Positions 1-13,579 of a stretch of DNA of 64,000 bases are shown here, in pieces. Both the position numbers and the translations under genes were made by a program. The notes under the pieces are model-generated. The model had not been told where the DNA came from. It did not search any database and worked only from the letters and a program-made list of their open reading frames with translations. Location of the stretch: assembly GCF_001194135.2 (NCBI RefSeq), contig NC_068981.1, forward strand, positions 191,301,871 to 191,365,870, in the 5' to 3' direction. Every line of letters begins with the position of its first letter. Within the stretch, counting starts at the first letter, position 1. Origin of the DNA: Octopus bimaculoides (taxonomy: Eukaryota).

Positions 1-39
<39 letters not shown>

Positions 40-347
40 TGTGTGTCTGCATCTATAGGTGAGTTACCTATTGGATTGGGTGTTGCACTCACAATCACTA
101 GATCAAGGGTTCGATTCTCAGACCAAGCTGTACATTATGTCCTTGAGCAAAACACTTCATTTCACATTGCTCCAGTCCACTCAGCTGTAAATGGGTCACC
201 CTGTGATGGATTAACCTTCCAGTCAGGGTGAATGTTGGCCTGCTCACTTAGCCAACAGGGTGGCATCATTCAAAAGCTAAAACAATGCAAAGCACATTGT
301 GACCAGCGATGTATAATAACATCCAATAGCCTGGTTGATCATGTGAG

Positions 348-432
<85 letters not shown>

Positions 433-1266
433 ATGGGCTTCTTCTTTTATTTTTTTTCTCCTAAATTTCACTCCCAAGATGTTGGTCTGTCAATAAATAT
501 AGAAGAGGACATCAGCTGATGACGTCCACATAGAAGAAGTGAACTTCTTGACTGCACAGCCCAACCTGCACCTTAATAGAAGCAAAATGCTAAAATGTGT
601 TTAATATTGGAGAAGGGTTAAACAAACATACATAGAAAAAAACCTGGTTGACAGGCCTTTAATCAGAGTTCTTCCAGATAAAGGTTAGTTGATTTAAGAT
701 TAAACGTCAACAAGATGGAAGATCTAAATGAGCTTATCTTTCGCTTTTAGATCAAAATTATTTTTACGAAAAGGGTAAGAAAAATCCTATAGAATTGTAA
801 TTTAAACTATTGAGCTAAGAACAGATTCAGTAAATGATTTTGGTGAATTGTAATCCCAGTTTATCTGATTAGATCTTAAGCAAATTCCACTTTTAGATTT
901 ACTGCTAAATCTAATTCTTTGAAAAAATCTTGGAGTAGGTTTCTGTCTTTGACAAGATTGCATCAAGACAAATGTTCTTGAATGAATTCTATATTAAGAA
1001 ATTTGCAAGCTTTGATCTTGCCCTGATATCATGATAAGAATATACCTAATGTCTCTTGCATTTCTTGCATCAAGCTAATATGGTTTCTCTATGTTGTCTC
1101 TTGACCTACTAGTAATAGCAGCCAAATCTCCATCAAATCACACTTCACCATCTTAGTAAAGTTGGATAATGTGTATGTGGCTTCACTTCACACTGGAAAA
1201 AAACAAAATGGTCATATCTGAAATGTCTTTAAACATATGTTTGATTTACCTAGGACTAAATAACAA

Positions 1267-1299
<33 letters not shown>

Positions 1300-2092
1300 T
1301 TAGCATCCATTTTCCATGCTGGCATGGGTTGGACAGTTTGACAGAAGCTGGTAAGGCCAGGAGTCACACCAAGTGCCATAGTCTGCTTTGGCATGGTTTC
1401 TACAGCAGGATGCCCTTCTTAACACCAAACACTTTACAGACTGTACTGGGTGCTTTTTTTTACTTGGCACCAACACCAGACAACAACCAACAACAACCAA
1501 AATTTAGCTGATGCTTAAAAAAATAACAGTAGCAGCAGTAGTAGTAGTCAAACTCCATGACAGTTCTGGTCAAACAGGACTATGACTAGTGCCAGTTATG
1601 TCCATCCAGTCTTTTTAGGGACATCTAGGATGCTAGGTTGTGATTTGAAGGCAATTTAGCTGATGTTTCTGGCAAGTCAAACAAACATTTAGAGGCACCC
1701 ACAATTCACCTTAACAATACTATATGTTACTACCTCTAATTCTGCGTTTGTGCTGTACATGTCTTTCCCCTCTTTCATTGCTCTTCTTTTTGTACTTGAC
1801 TTAATATGTCTGTTTACTGTCTCCTCCTTTAACCTTTTCTGACAAGCTGTAGTGCGTCTGAGCATTGTAATTATAAGCTCATTATTATTATTATTTTATA
1901 AAGGTGGCAAGCTGGTAGAATTATTAGCGTGCCAAACAAAATGCTTAATGCAATCTGTTCCAATTTACATTCTGAGACTTTACCTTTCATCCTTTCGGGG
2001 TCGATAAATTAAGTACCAGTGAAACACTGGAGTCGATGTAATCGACTCATCCCCTCCCCCAAATGGGCTGCCCTTGTGGCAAAATTTGAAAC

Positions 2093-2149
<57 letters not shown>

Positions 2150-2412
2150 GTTCATATACACACAACAGATTATACTATTGGGAAAAAAATCCTAACATTG
2201 GGCTACAAGTAACCTTAGATGCCAAGAACCCTCCTAAGTATCTTAGCTGTCCCTAATAACACTGTTTTCTGGAGCTGTACTAAACTGGGTTTTATGCCTA
2301 TTTCCTCTATCCATCTGTTCAGATCTTTAGGGGTAGTTCCCAATGCACCTATAACTACTGGGATACATTTTACCTGCACTTCCCATAGTCTCTGTAATTC
2401 AATAGCTTGGTC

Positions 2413-2454
<42 letters not shown>

Positions 2455-4534
2455 AAATTTAAGTTCTAAATTTTAAATTCCAGGAATGATAAGTTTTGTT
2501 GTTTTAAACTCCTGTTTCACTGGAATAACAGGTGGATTTGACAGCTGGTTGTTGCTATAAATTAATATTTATCTATTCAGCCCATCCACAAAATTGTCTG
2601 TTAAAATATACTGAAACATTTCTGACTTTTTATATTATCATTTGTTGAGAAGGCCCCTTGCTATCTAAGATGTTGGGTGTTCTTGACAAATGACAAAGGT
2701 CACATGATTAAATTATAAAGCATGTTCTTGTAAATGTCTTTTGGGGTTTTTTTTCCTCCAATCATAAATGTTTTCCCTCTTAGTTCAAATGGTTTATTTA
2801 TCCTAATGTTCACAAATAATCTAACACGATTTCTATAGTTTCAAAATTAAGATTTCATCCAACCCATGCCAGCATGGAGAACAGACATTAAATAGCGATA
2901 AAGGGTTTTCTAATATTGGTTACAAATTTTGACACAAGGCCAGCAACTTTGGAGGAGGGGTTAAGTCGATTACATCAACCCCAGTGCTCAGCTGGTACTT
3001 ATTTTGTCAACCCTAAAATGATGAAAGGCAAAGTCGACCTCGGCAGAATTTGAACTCAAAACGAAAATGGATAAAATGCTTATCAGCATTTTGCGTGGAA
3101 TGCTAATGATTCTGTCAATTTAGCATCTTAATAATAATAATAATAATTTCTCTAACATTGACATAAGGTCACACTTATTGTTACTTAATGTAGCAGACAA
3201 GCACTGGGGTTGCTTTATTATAATAATCCTTTCTACTAAAGGCACAAGGCCTGAAATTTGGGAGCAGAGGAGCTAGTCGATTACATCGACCCCAGTGTTC
3301 CACTGGTGGTTAATTTATCGCCCGTGAAAGGATGAAAGGCTAAGTCAACCTCTGTGGAATTTGAACTCAGAACGTAACGACAGATGAAATACTGCTAAGC
3401 ATTTCGTCCAGCGTGCTAACGATTCTGCCAGTTTGCCACCTTTGCTGCTTTATTATAATAATAACCTGTGTAGGAGAAAAGTAAGTTGATCTTGTAGAAG
3501 AACTCAGGAAGACGCAGGAATGGCTGTGTGGTTAATAAGTTTACTTTGCAACCATTTGGTTTTGAATTCAATCCCACTGCATAGCATCTTGTGAAAGTGT
3601 CTTCTATTATATTGCCAGTCCAACCAATGTCTGAATGTTTTTGTTTTTTCTCTTATATGTATCTACAAGCACTAGAGATATCAAATTTTAAAATGTGGCC
3701 AAAGTTGTTGTTGGAATGGGGGTGGATAAGTTTGTTGGTTTGCACCAAATCAGCTACTAAACACCAAAACTTTGGTGTGTTGATGCCTAGAGAAGCAAGA
3801 CTTTCAAATTATGGCGACTGATACTAGGTATTTGTCTAATTGCATGTGTCTGGACAGCTTCCAATCAATTCACATTCTGGATAAATATCATGTCACAAAG
3901 TATTTTACTGATGCTCTAATTATTCTCCTAATCCACTATCTTATTGATTTTTTTATATTGACAAAAATTAAGAAATCTGCTGGATAGAGTGTACTTGGTT
4001 AAATCAATGGTTACCATTTCTTAATTTGTTGACCTCAACCATTAATTTATTGACCTCAACAGAATGCAAAACAAAAGCCAACTTGGTGCTAGTTGAACAT
4101 TTTGGTCCAATACTCCTCCATGTCTGAGATCTACTGTTGCACATTAATCTAATTATTCAGTTAATTGTTTTTCATTATGTTCTGTACAAGAGAATATTTA
4201 CATCTTGTCCTAAAGAGTCTGATGAACAATCAAGATATATAATGATGAATTGAAGACGTTTGTGGTATGGTGATGAAAACTGCCATTCATCAGATCCCTA
4301 GTTTGCAGATAGGGGAATGACCTGTAGATAAATAGGTTAGCTGTGAATTCACAATAAGCAGTCCTGGATAAAATCAAGGGTTACCCTTTGGCAAGGCATA
4401 GCACCCGTTACCCACCTTGCCAAAGTCATAGTGAAATCCTGAGCCGCTGAAATGAGTGGAAATGCTTCTATCATTAGAAAGAAGGATGGTAGTAGAGAAT
4501 GGAATGCAAAACATAAAATAAAATATTTCGTGTA

Positions 4535-4861
4535 GTAAAGATTGTTTGCCAACATAACATGGCAGTCCTGGTTTAGGATGAATGTTGCTGTAATTTAGCC
4601 CCAGGAGACATTGTCTCCAGCTGGCTATACAACACGATCTGTGTCCTTATATTTTCGAACAAGGGAATCTAGCACCCCCACTCAGCTCAAAACAATATCT
4701 GTGTATCACGATTTCTGGGTTATTTCCTTTCATCAGCACAGAATAATTGTTCGACAGATCACGTCATATAGCCAGCTGGAGACGATGTCTCCTGGGGCTA
4801 AATTACAGCAACATTCGCCCTAAACCAGGACTACCATATTATGTTGGCAAACAATCTTTAC
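4535..4861. mobile_element. MITE with ~100-bp terminal inverted repeats, TA-flanked
   Basis: TA|GTAAAGATTGTTTGCCAACATAA...TTATGTTGGCAAACAATCTTTAC|TA; a partial inverted second copy lies at ~25950..26165. Confidence 0.8.
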
Positions 4862-5440
4862 TACGAAGTACTGTTGCTGAATATCTCTCGTTGTGAGATT
4901 TAAAAATAGTAATTTTCTAAAATATTTTGTCTTTGGATCTCTTCCCACTTCACTAAACAGATTACACTTTTATGAATCTTGGTCTGAGAAACCCATCAGA
5001 TTGACTGGCACTGCAATCAACTATAGCATCTGTAACAAGAAATTAGCAACCGAAAGACATTTTTCCAAACAGCCTCGACTAGATGATGTTGATGAAAGAA
5101 GTTTCATGGTTAATTTCTTTCTGATTAATCCAGCAACCATGCAGTGGCTCAACTCAGTCTAATGTTCATAATCTTAGTTTATGATATTTATCTTTTGCCT
5201 TCTCCTTGTTTTCAGTCATTAGACTGTTGCCATGCTAGGACAGTGCCTTGAAGAATTTTTAGATGAAAGAATCAACCCTAGTACTCATTTTTTTAAACCT
5301 GGCACTTATCCTATTGGTCTCTTTTGCTGAACTGTTAAGTTATGGGGATGTAAGTACACCAACACCAATTGTCAGGTGGTGGGTAAGGGACAAACACAGA
5401 CACAAAAACACATGCACACAACACATGTATATCTATATAT

Positions 5441-5476
<36 letters not shown>

Positions 5477-7135
5477 CTGTAAGATCCAATGATCGAGGTA
5501 CAGGAAGAAATTGAGCTTTAAACATCTAGAAAATATTATTAAAAAAACACCTTTCAGGAACTATAGTTGTTTATTGGTGTAGGAGGTTGTGAATGTTTCC
5601 TGTATCGAAGTATATATATATATATATATATGATGGGCTTCTTTCAATTTCCATCTACCAAATTCACTCTGAAGGTTTTGATTGGCCTGAGCGCAATGTG
5701 TCAGACCATTGGACTGAAACTGGAACCATGTGGTTGGGAAGCAAACTTCTTGCCACATAGTCACGTCTGAACCTATCTAGTTCACAGAAATAGAATTTAT
5801 GTACATTTTTGTTAGTTTAAAAATGAAATCTATATTTGCAAAGATTTCACATATATGTGTGTATATATATGTGTGTATATATATGTGTGTGTGTACGCGC
5901 GCACACTTGTGTGTTTCTGAATGTGTCCATATACATCTGTGTGTATTAGGAAAGATTTTAGTTCTGTCAACTTACTCTTCAAGTTATTTCTACATTTTGT
6001 ATTGGTAGGAGTGATTTCTTTCTGCTTTTATTTTTTGAATTAGTTTCTCTTATCTCCACCACCACCACCACCACCACTCCAACTCCCTTTCTATGCAATC
6101 TTTAACAATATTATTGCAATTTATATTTCCATACTGTTCCTATCTTGAAATATTTTAAGCAACTCTCTGTTATTTACCCAATGTAATTTGCATACATTAC
6201 TATAACAGATATAGCGACCATTTCACACACTAAAGTGAAACAATAACTACACCTGGATTACTTTACATTTCAAATTTGGTGTGGGGAAGAAGTGGGTGAG
6301 AGGCATGGAAAAAATCCCACTTAATGACCTAGGCTTCAATAAAACAATTGATTTAAATTAACTACAGAATGCAAAGTGCACCTAATTTAGATTCATAACA
6401 TTTGAATGGTGAATTAACTTAAATAGACTTGAGTTTCTTTGTGTACTCTGGAACTGTAGGTACCATATTGGTGATGGCAGTAGGATTATGTGACCTCCAG
6501 GAACTCTGCTTGTTGTCTAAAGACACCCCAATCACACTAACATGAAATCTGTAAAATCCAAATTAACATCTTTAATATAGTAAGCCAAAAAATTCTAATT
6601 AATGAAGATTACACTAGATGGAAGAGAAATAATATTTTAGCATAATAATTCTTTCACATTTTGGCTGCAGGCCAGCAAATTTTTAAGGGGTAGGGTAGAT
6701 GATTAAATTTACCCCAGCAGAATTTGAGGTCAATTTACGCTCTTTATGTAAATTGACCTTCTGGCTCTATACACACAGAGTGTAAAGAACCAGAAGAAAA
6801 ACATTTTGTCACTGCACTAAAAATTCTGCCAGTTTGTCACCTTTATGTTTAATAATTAATTAATTCTTAATAATTAATTATTGTTATGTAAGGTAGAGGA
6901 GACAACTTAGATATTTTAATTAAATAACATTGATTTGTAAATTGAATGGAAGTATATAGTGTGGAGTAAACGTGGTCTTTAGTGAATATGGATGACAATT
7001 TTGAATATGTTTTAGTCTTATTAAACCTCCTCAGCATAGCATAATTTGTATTGGCACTTGCCACCTCTTGAGATTTCAGCTGAAATACATCCCATTCTTT
7101 ATTTAATATCTTTTATTTCTTTTTCTTTCCTTTAG

Positions 7136-7702
7136 GTGAAAGATAGTGGTCACAAACCAAAGAAAGGAACGTCCAAAGTGACTGTAATGGTCAGTAATAT
7201 GATGTGTGAAACGCCACTGTTTAACCAGGAGTTCTATTTTTTCTACCTCTCCCATAGTCCAGTTCCAGCTGACCACCCTCTTGGTTATATTGGCTATGAG
7301 AAAAATGGATTTGATTCGATATCTGTCGATATGGAGAAATCTTCTGTGAAGGAGTTCTTTGTTTTTGATGAACCGTTTGGCAAGAAAGTATTGTTAAAGA
7401 GCAAGAGGGAGATTTCGTTCAATGAAGTCCTTACGTCTCTGTCAGCGTTTCTAGTCACCCATAACCTGTTGCGTTTCTCCATCTTGATTTGCTCTTCGAC
7501 TTCGGTACATTGCGCACGTAGCAGCATCTTTTTATCTTTGGAGCAGGTCAACAAGTTTGGGGACCAGACAAAAACAGTTAATATTTCCGAGAATAATTCC
7601 CCAAATGCTGTAGTTATTAATACAGGTCATTTCATGGGGAAACCAAATAGCATATATAGATTCGTTGAAAAATACCCAGATTTCAACATTCACCCAATAA
7701 CA
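7136..7702 (+). CDS. Cadherin exon 1 (in window), phase 0/0
   Basis: tttag|GTGAAAGAT acceptor; ACA|gtaagt donor; VKDSGHKP...FNIHPIT; degenerate EC repeats. Confidence 0.85.
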
Positions 7703-10700
7703 GTAAGTATGTTTTTGTTTAAATTTACTAATCTAGTTACATGGCGTCTGAGTCAAAAAAAAACTCTTCGTTATCTATCAACAAAGCATCTTTATCTTAA
7801 TTATCTATTCACAAAACACTTTTATCATCATTATATGTCAACAAATTCACATCTATTTTCGTTATCTGTCTATAAAACACATCTTTGTGACTATGTTTAT
7901 ATGTTAACTGGTTGATTATTTGTGTTAATAAGTTTTATTTTTGTAAGAAGAATCGTAACAGTGATTATGAAATGTTTTACTGGATTTTAACTTTATAAAC
8001 AAACAAATCTGAATGGATAAATGATCAGAATTGGTTTTGTTGAGACAAACCTGTTATATGGTGTGATTGGAATTAAGATGTGTATGATTAGAACCAAGGG
8101 GTATATAGAAACTAAAGTTCCAATTTCATTGGTTTAAAAGGCAACAAATAGAAAACTAAAACAACAAATTAAATTGAAGTTTTATATATATTATTTATTT
8201 ACTGTGACAATGTAATCTACATTGAGGCAACAAAGACCTGAAGATTAGCTAAGCTTCTCTGTGATCATTATTTCTTGTGTAAAAAACTTCAGCTTGTTAT
8301 GAAACATTTGTAGGCTGTATTTTACCTGTTCCACTCCTTATCTTTTTGATTTTTGTTCACATTCTTAGTCGCATTAGTTACTAAATTGTGAGTTGTATAG
8401 AAACTGTCAGCTTATCAAAATTTCCTTTAACTTCAATATGGGAAGAAGTATATAACTTGCAATGCTAGTAAATATGTTTTATCATACATTGTCCAGTTTC
8501 TGCCATTTATACCAGCCACCTGAATGGTTGAAGCTTATTAACTTGCTACACTTAGTATAACGGTGTGAGTACTAGTGCTACATAGTAAACACTGGTGATG
8601 GTGCCACATAAAAAGCACACAGCACACGCTGGGAGGGCATTCAGCTATAGAAACCAGGCCAAACAAACTATGGGACCTGGTGCAGCCCCTGGCCTTGCCA
8701 GTTCCTGTCAAGCCATCCAACCCATGCCAGCATGGAAAACAGATTTTAAATGTTGATGATGATGATGATATTTATATATATATATATATTATGCCAAATC
8801 AGACTGAAGTCTGGTGCAGCCTTCCAGCTTACCAGCCCCGTCAAACCGTCCAACCCATGCCAGTATGGACAACATATGTTAAATGATAATGCTGATGATG
8901 ATGATATCAATATCTCAAACATGTTATGTGAGTGTGTGTGTGTGTGTGCTGCTTAATTTTTTTTTTTTTTTTTTTTTTTTCAATAGCTTTTGGATATTTT
9001 TGTAAAATTTTTGAGCTGCCAGCTATTTTTGTTAACCTGATTGTTAATTCATTTCAGTTGCAATTTCTTCCTTTTCAGATATAGAAAAGACAAAATATTT
9101 TTAACCCGATAACGGCTTAACTGATTTTTTTTTTTTTTTTTTCGTCTTAAATCCTGGAGAAACTTCAAAATGTTATTGTTGTAAAAGTGGCACTAACATT
9201 TCCAAAGTTCCAGTCTTCTGTATTATTAATTTAATTAGAAATAAATAAAATAGAAGAGGTCTAATATATGTGAAAAATTAAATGCTTTGAAGAGTGACTT
9301 TTTACAACATTTAGTAACTTGTATTTACTTTCACTTTTGAACAGGGTGTCATAACTACAAACAGAAGTTTTGATCGGGAAGCTGGGGATCGCCGTTTTAT
9401 TATCAGAGTAGAAGCCATTAGTGATGCTGAAGATTCGTGCCGCAATATTGAGGTTTGCATTAATTTACTTGTTTCTATAAAATTTATTAATTAATTAACA
9501 AATATTCTACTTACCTTCTTCCAATTATATTTATTAGTTCCTGTTACCAACATTTCAACAATTTCATAATATTATATATTAGTGATTTTATTTAGTTCCA
9601 CCTGTAGAGTCATTAACCAATTGGTTAATGGCTCCACAGAAAATTGGAATTGTGAATTTCCCAGTTAAATTATTGATCTGATATGAGTGAAAAGATACAG
9701 TGCTTCAACTAAGAATCAAAATGCCCAAACAAAAGACCCCTATGTTGGGAGTAAGGTGTAAATATTGCAGGGCCAGTTTGTGTTAATGCTTTAAAGGCTT
9801 AGTGTGCTTGTACTAAACATTCCTATCTTCTTGATGAGAAATTCTTAATGAAAGCTATTATCTATGACTCTAGAATAAAATCACAGATGGGTTAGCTCAG
9901 AAACAGAAGAAATTATATTGGTATGAGTGAAAGCAACTTTAAAAACTATGATCTGAATTACTAATCTAGTTTCAGAAACAAGGAAAAGAGAAATGCCACA
10001 GACTTATGCACTTATTTATGTAGTTGGAGGAATGATGTATTGACAGTTATGGCATTAACTGTTTAATGATTGATCATAGAACACCATCTTTAAATAAAAC
10101 AAAACACAGCCATATATATATGATTGAGAAATCCATCATATTAACGAAACTAACACTTACTTCAGAGAGAAAGATGCGAGTAATGTCAATGGTACAAGCC
10201 ATGACAGAGAAGTATAACTGGACTGAGGTAGCACATTTGGAGAAAAAGAGCAGCTGAATGTTTGCAGCACATTGTCCTGAATCTCTGAATACTGATGAAA
10301 AAATGTTAGCATTGGACATATTTATTAGTTGATTGTTAATACAATCTCTGAGGATTGCTGTTCTTGTAAGAATTAATATTATATACATATATATATTATA
10401 TACATATATATATTATGGAGATGTACTTGCATAGCAAGTGACCTGATCTGAAATTGTGTGCCGAAACGAAAACAATTGCAGCATGAAAGGTATTTATAAG
10501 CCATTTAAAAACACACAAAAACCATTAGATTCACTTCAATATTGAAATTTAATTTGTTAAAATACTTTCGTCACTTTGAAACTGTGACCTGTTCACTGAC
10601 AAAATTCTGTGCAGCACAGAATTTTGTCAGTGAACAGGTCGTGGTTTCAAAGCGGCGAAAATATGTTGAAGTAAATCTAATGGCTTTTGTGTGTTTTTAA

Positions 10701-10925
10701 ATCGCTTATAAACACCTTCCATGCTGCAATTATATATATATTCTTTTGAATTTAGTTCCTTTTGCAGAATTCAAGCCAGTCACTAACAAAGTGACAAGAC
10801 TTTCTTTGATGAAGTCAAGACAGCACTTTGGGGTTTGTGTATATGCGAATTGCTTGGTGATCACATATATGTATTTGTGTGTTTGTGGATGAACTTGCTC
10901 TCGTGTATACATGTGTATGTGTGAG

Positions 10926-10963
<38 letters not shown>

Positions 10964-11377
10964 TGTGTGTATGTGTTGGGTGTAGTCCATAGACTTATAT
11001 TGAATATATATATATATATATTATATATATATATATATGTGTGTATGTATGTATGTATGTGTATGTATATATATACACACATATGTATATATATACACAC
11101 ATATGTATATACATTTGTATATATATATATCCACATGTATATACATTCATATATATTTGTTGCCAGTACCGTCTGACTGGCCTTCATGCCGGTGGCACGT
11201 AAAAGCACCCACTACACTCTCGGATTGGTTTGCGTTAGGAAGGGCATCCAGCTGTAGAAACTCTGCCAAATCAGATTGGAGTCTGGTGTAACCACCTGGT
11301 CCACCACTCCTCAGTCAAATCGTCCAACCCATGCTAGCATGGAAAGCGGACGTTAAACGATGATGATGATGATGATG

Positions 11378-11410
<33 letters not shown>

Positions 11411-12540
11411 CACATATGTATATACACACATCTATATTTATATGTAACCATGTGTGTGTATACATATGTGTATATATATATANNNNNNNNNNNNNNNNNN
11501 NNNNNNNNNNNNNNNNNNNNNNNNNNNNNNNNNNNNNNNNNNNNNNNNNNNNNNNNNNNNNNNNNNNNNNNNNNNNNNNNNNNNNNNNNNNNNNNNNNNN
11601 NNNNNNNNNNNNNNNNNNNNNNNNNNNNNNNNNNNNNNNNNNNNNNNNNNNNNNNNNNNNNNNNNNNNNNNNNNNNNNNNNNNNNNNNNNNNNNNNNNNN
11701 NNNNNNNNNNNNNNNNNNNNNNNNNNNNNNNNNNNNNNNNNNNNNNNNNNNNNNNNNNNNNNNNNNNNNNNNNNNNNNNNNNNNNNNNNNNNNNNNNNNN
11801 NNNNNNNNNNNNNNNNNNNNNNNNNNNNNNNNNNNNNNNNNNNNNNNNNNNNNNNNNNNNNNNNNNNNNNNNNNNNNNNNNNNNNNNNNNNNNNNNNNNN
11901 NNNNNNNNNNNNNNNNNNNNNNNNNNNNNNNNNNNNNNNNNNNNNNNNNNNNNNNNNNNNNNNNNNNNNNNNNNNNNNNNNNNNNNNNNNNNNNNNNNNN
12001 NNNNNNNNNNNNNNNNNNNNNNNNNNNNNNNNNNNNNNNNNNNNNNNNNNNNNNNNNNNNNNNNNNNNNNNNNNNNNNNNNNNNNNNNNNNNNNNNNNNN
12101 NNNNNNNNNNNNNNNNNNNNNNNNNNNNNNNNNNNNNNNNNNNNNNNNNNNNNNNNNNNNNNNNNNNNNNNNNNNNNNNNNNNNNNTATATATATATATA
12201 TGTGTGTATGTATGTATGTATGTGTATGTATATATATACACACATATGTATATATATACACACATATGTATATACATTTGTATATATATATATCCACATG
12301 TATATACATTCATATATATTTGTTGCCAGTACCGTCTGACTGGCCTTCATGCCGGTGGCACGTAAAAGCACCCACTACACTCTCGGATTGGTTTGCGTTA
12401 GGAAGGGCATCCAGCTGTAGAAACTCTGCCAAATCAGATTGGAGTCTGGTGTAACCACCTGGTCCACCACTCCTCAGTCAAATCGTCCAACCCATGCTAG
12501 CATGGAAAGCGGACGTTAAACGATGATGATGATGATGATG

Positions 12541-12573
<33 letters not shown>

Positions 12574-13520
12574 CACATATGTATATACACACATCTATAT
12601 TTATATGTAACCATGTGTGTGTATACATATGTGTATATATATATATATTCTTTCCTTTATTATTCACATATATAATAAATGTTGAGGATTTGATGTTCAA
12701 AATTTGTTGGATTTTTTTATGACTTATCATTATTCCAAACCCAACTTACCACTTATTTTTTCCATTTTTTAATTTTTAACCAATCTATTTCTTTTAGATA
12801 TAGTTTCAGAGAATCGTTTCTCATTTAACTAATCTTCTCTTCCTTTTACAATCATTTCTAATGTGATGCAAACAGTTACAGACTTGAGTATTTATTGTGA
12901 AAGGAAACGAAATATTATATTAGCATCTACAGAACCATTATATAGATATATATATCTTGTCATTCCCCATTCATATGTTCTCTGTGAATAAAGAAGACAG
13001 TTGTAAATGGTTACAAGTATTCAGATCTGCCAGAATACAAAAACTGTCTGTTGCAAAATTTCTAAACAAAAAATAAAAGGAATTTACAGAAATATAAAAA
13101 AAAAAACACAGATAAAGCAAATAATTATTTCAAATGATTTTATTGTTCCATAATCTTAAAGTTAAAGCTTTTTATCATCTACCCCATTTCTTAAGTGTTT
13201 TTATGTTATCTCAATGACAAATACAAAACATCCACAAAAGTTTGTCCACATGCAGGTTTTATTTATCTATTTGTGTTGAAACCTTTTGATACAAAACCCA
13301 CCTGAGACTGCCTCTAATACTATAACATATAGCTTCTTGTTTAAAATATTCATCAGCAATACCAGCAGCATTATCATCATCATTGTCATCATTTTTTACA
13401 TCTTTGGATTTGACGAGATTTCTTAGGTAGTAATCTACCTGAACACCACACCTTGTCTGACATTTTTTGTTTGTAGGTGAATTAAACATCTTCACCAAGG
13501 TAACGTGAATACAAAGACTC

Positions 13521-13579
<59 letters not shown>

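Noticed and set aside
620-1080. Possible decayed ORF on the minus strand
   Set aside because: Stop density is about what AT-rich DNA gives by chance; no motif recognised
7294-7554. Minus-strand ORFs over exons 1 and 4 (also 20361..20555)
   Set aside because: Antisense shadows of the cadherin coding sequence
11334-12454. Long ORFs spanning N runs (also near 32.1, 36.0, 45.1 and 46.8 kb)
   Set aside because: Made of X residues and (TA)n/(CA)n translations; gap artefacts
13477-13499. 23-nt sense micro-exon (ttgtag|...AAG|gtaacg)
   Set aside because: It would break the phase 0/0 frame, and exons 2 and 3 already join into a complete repeat
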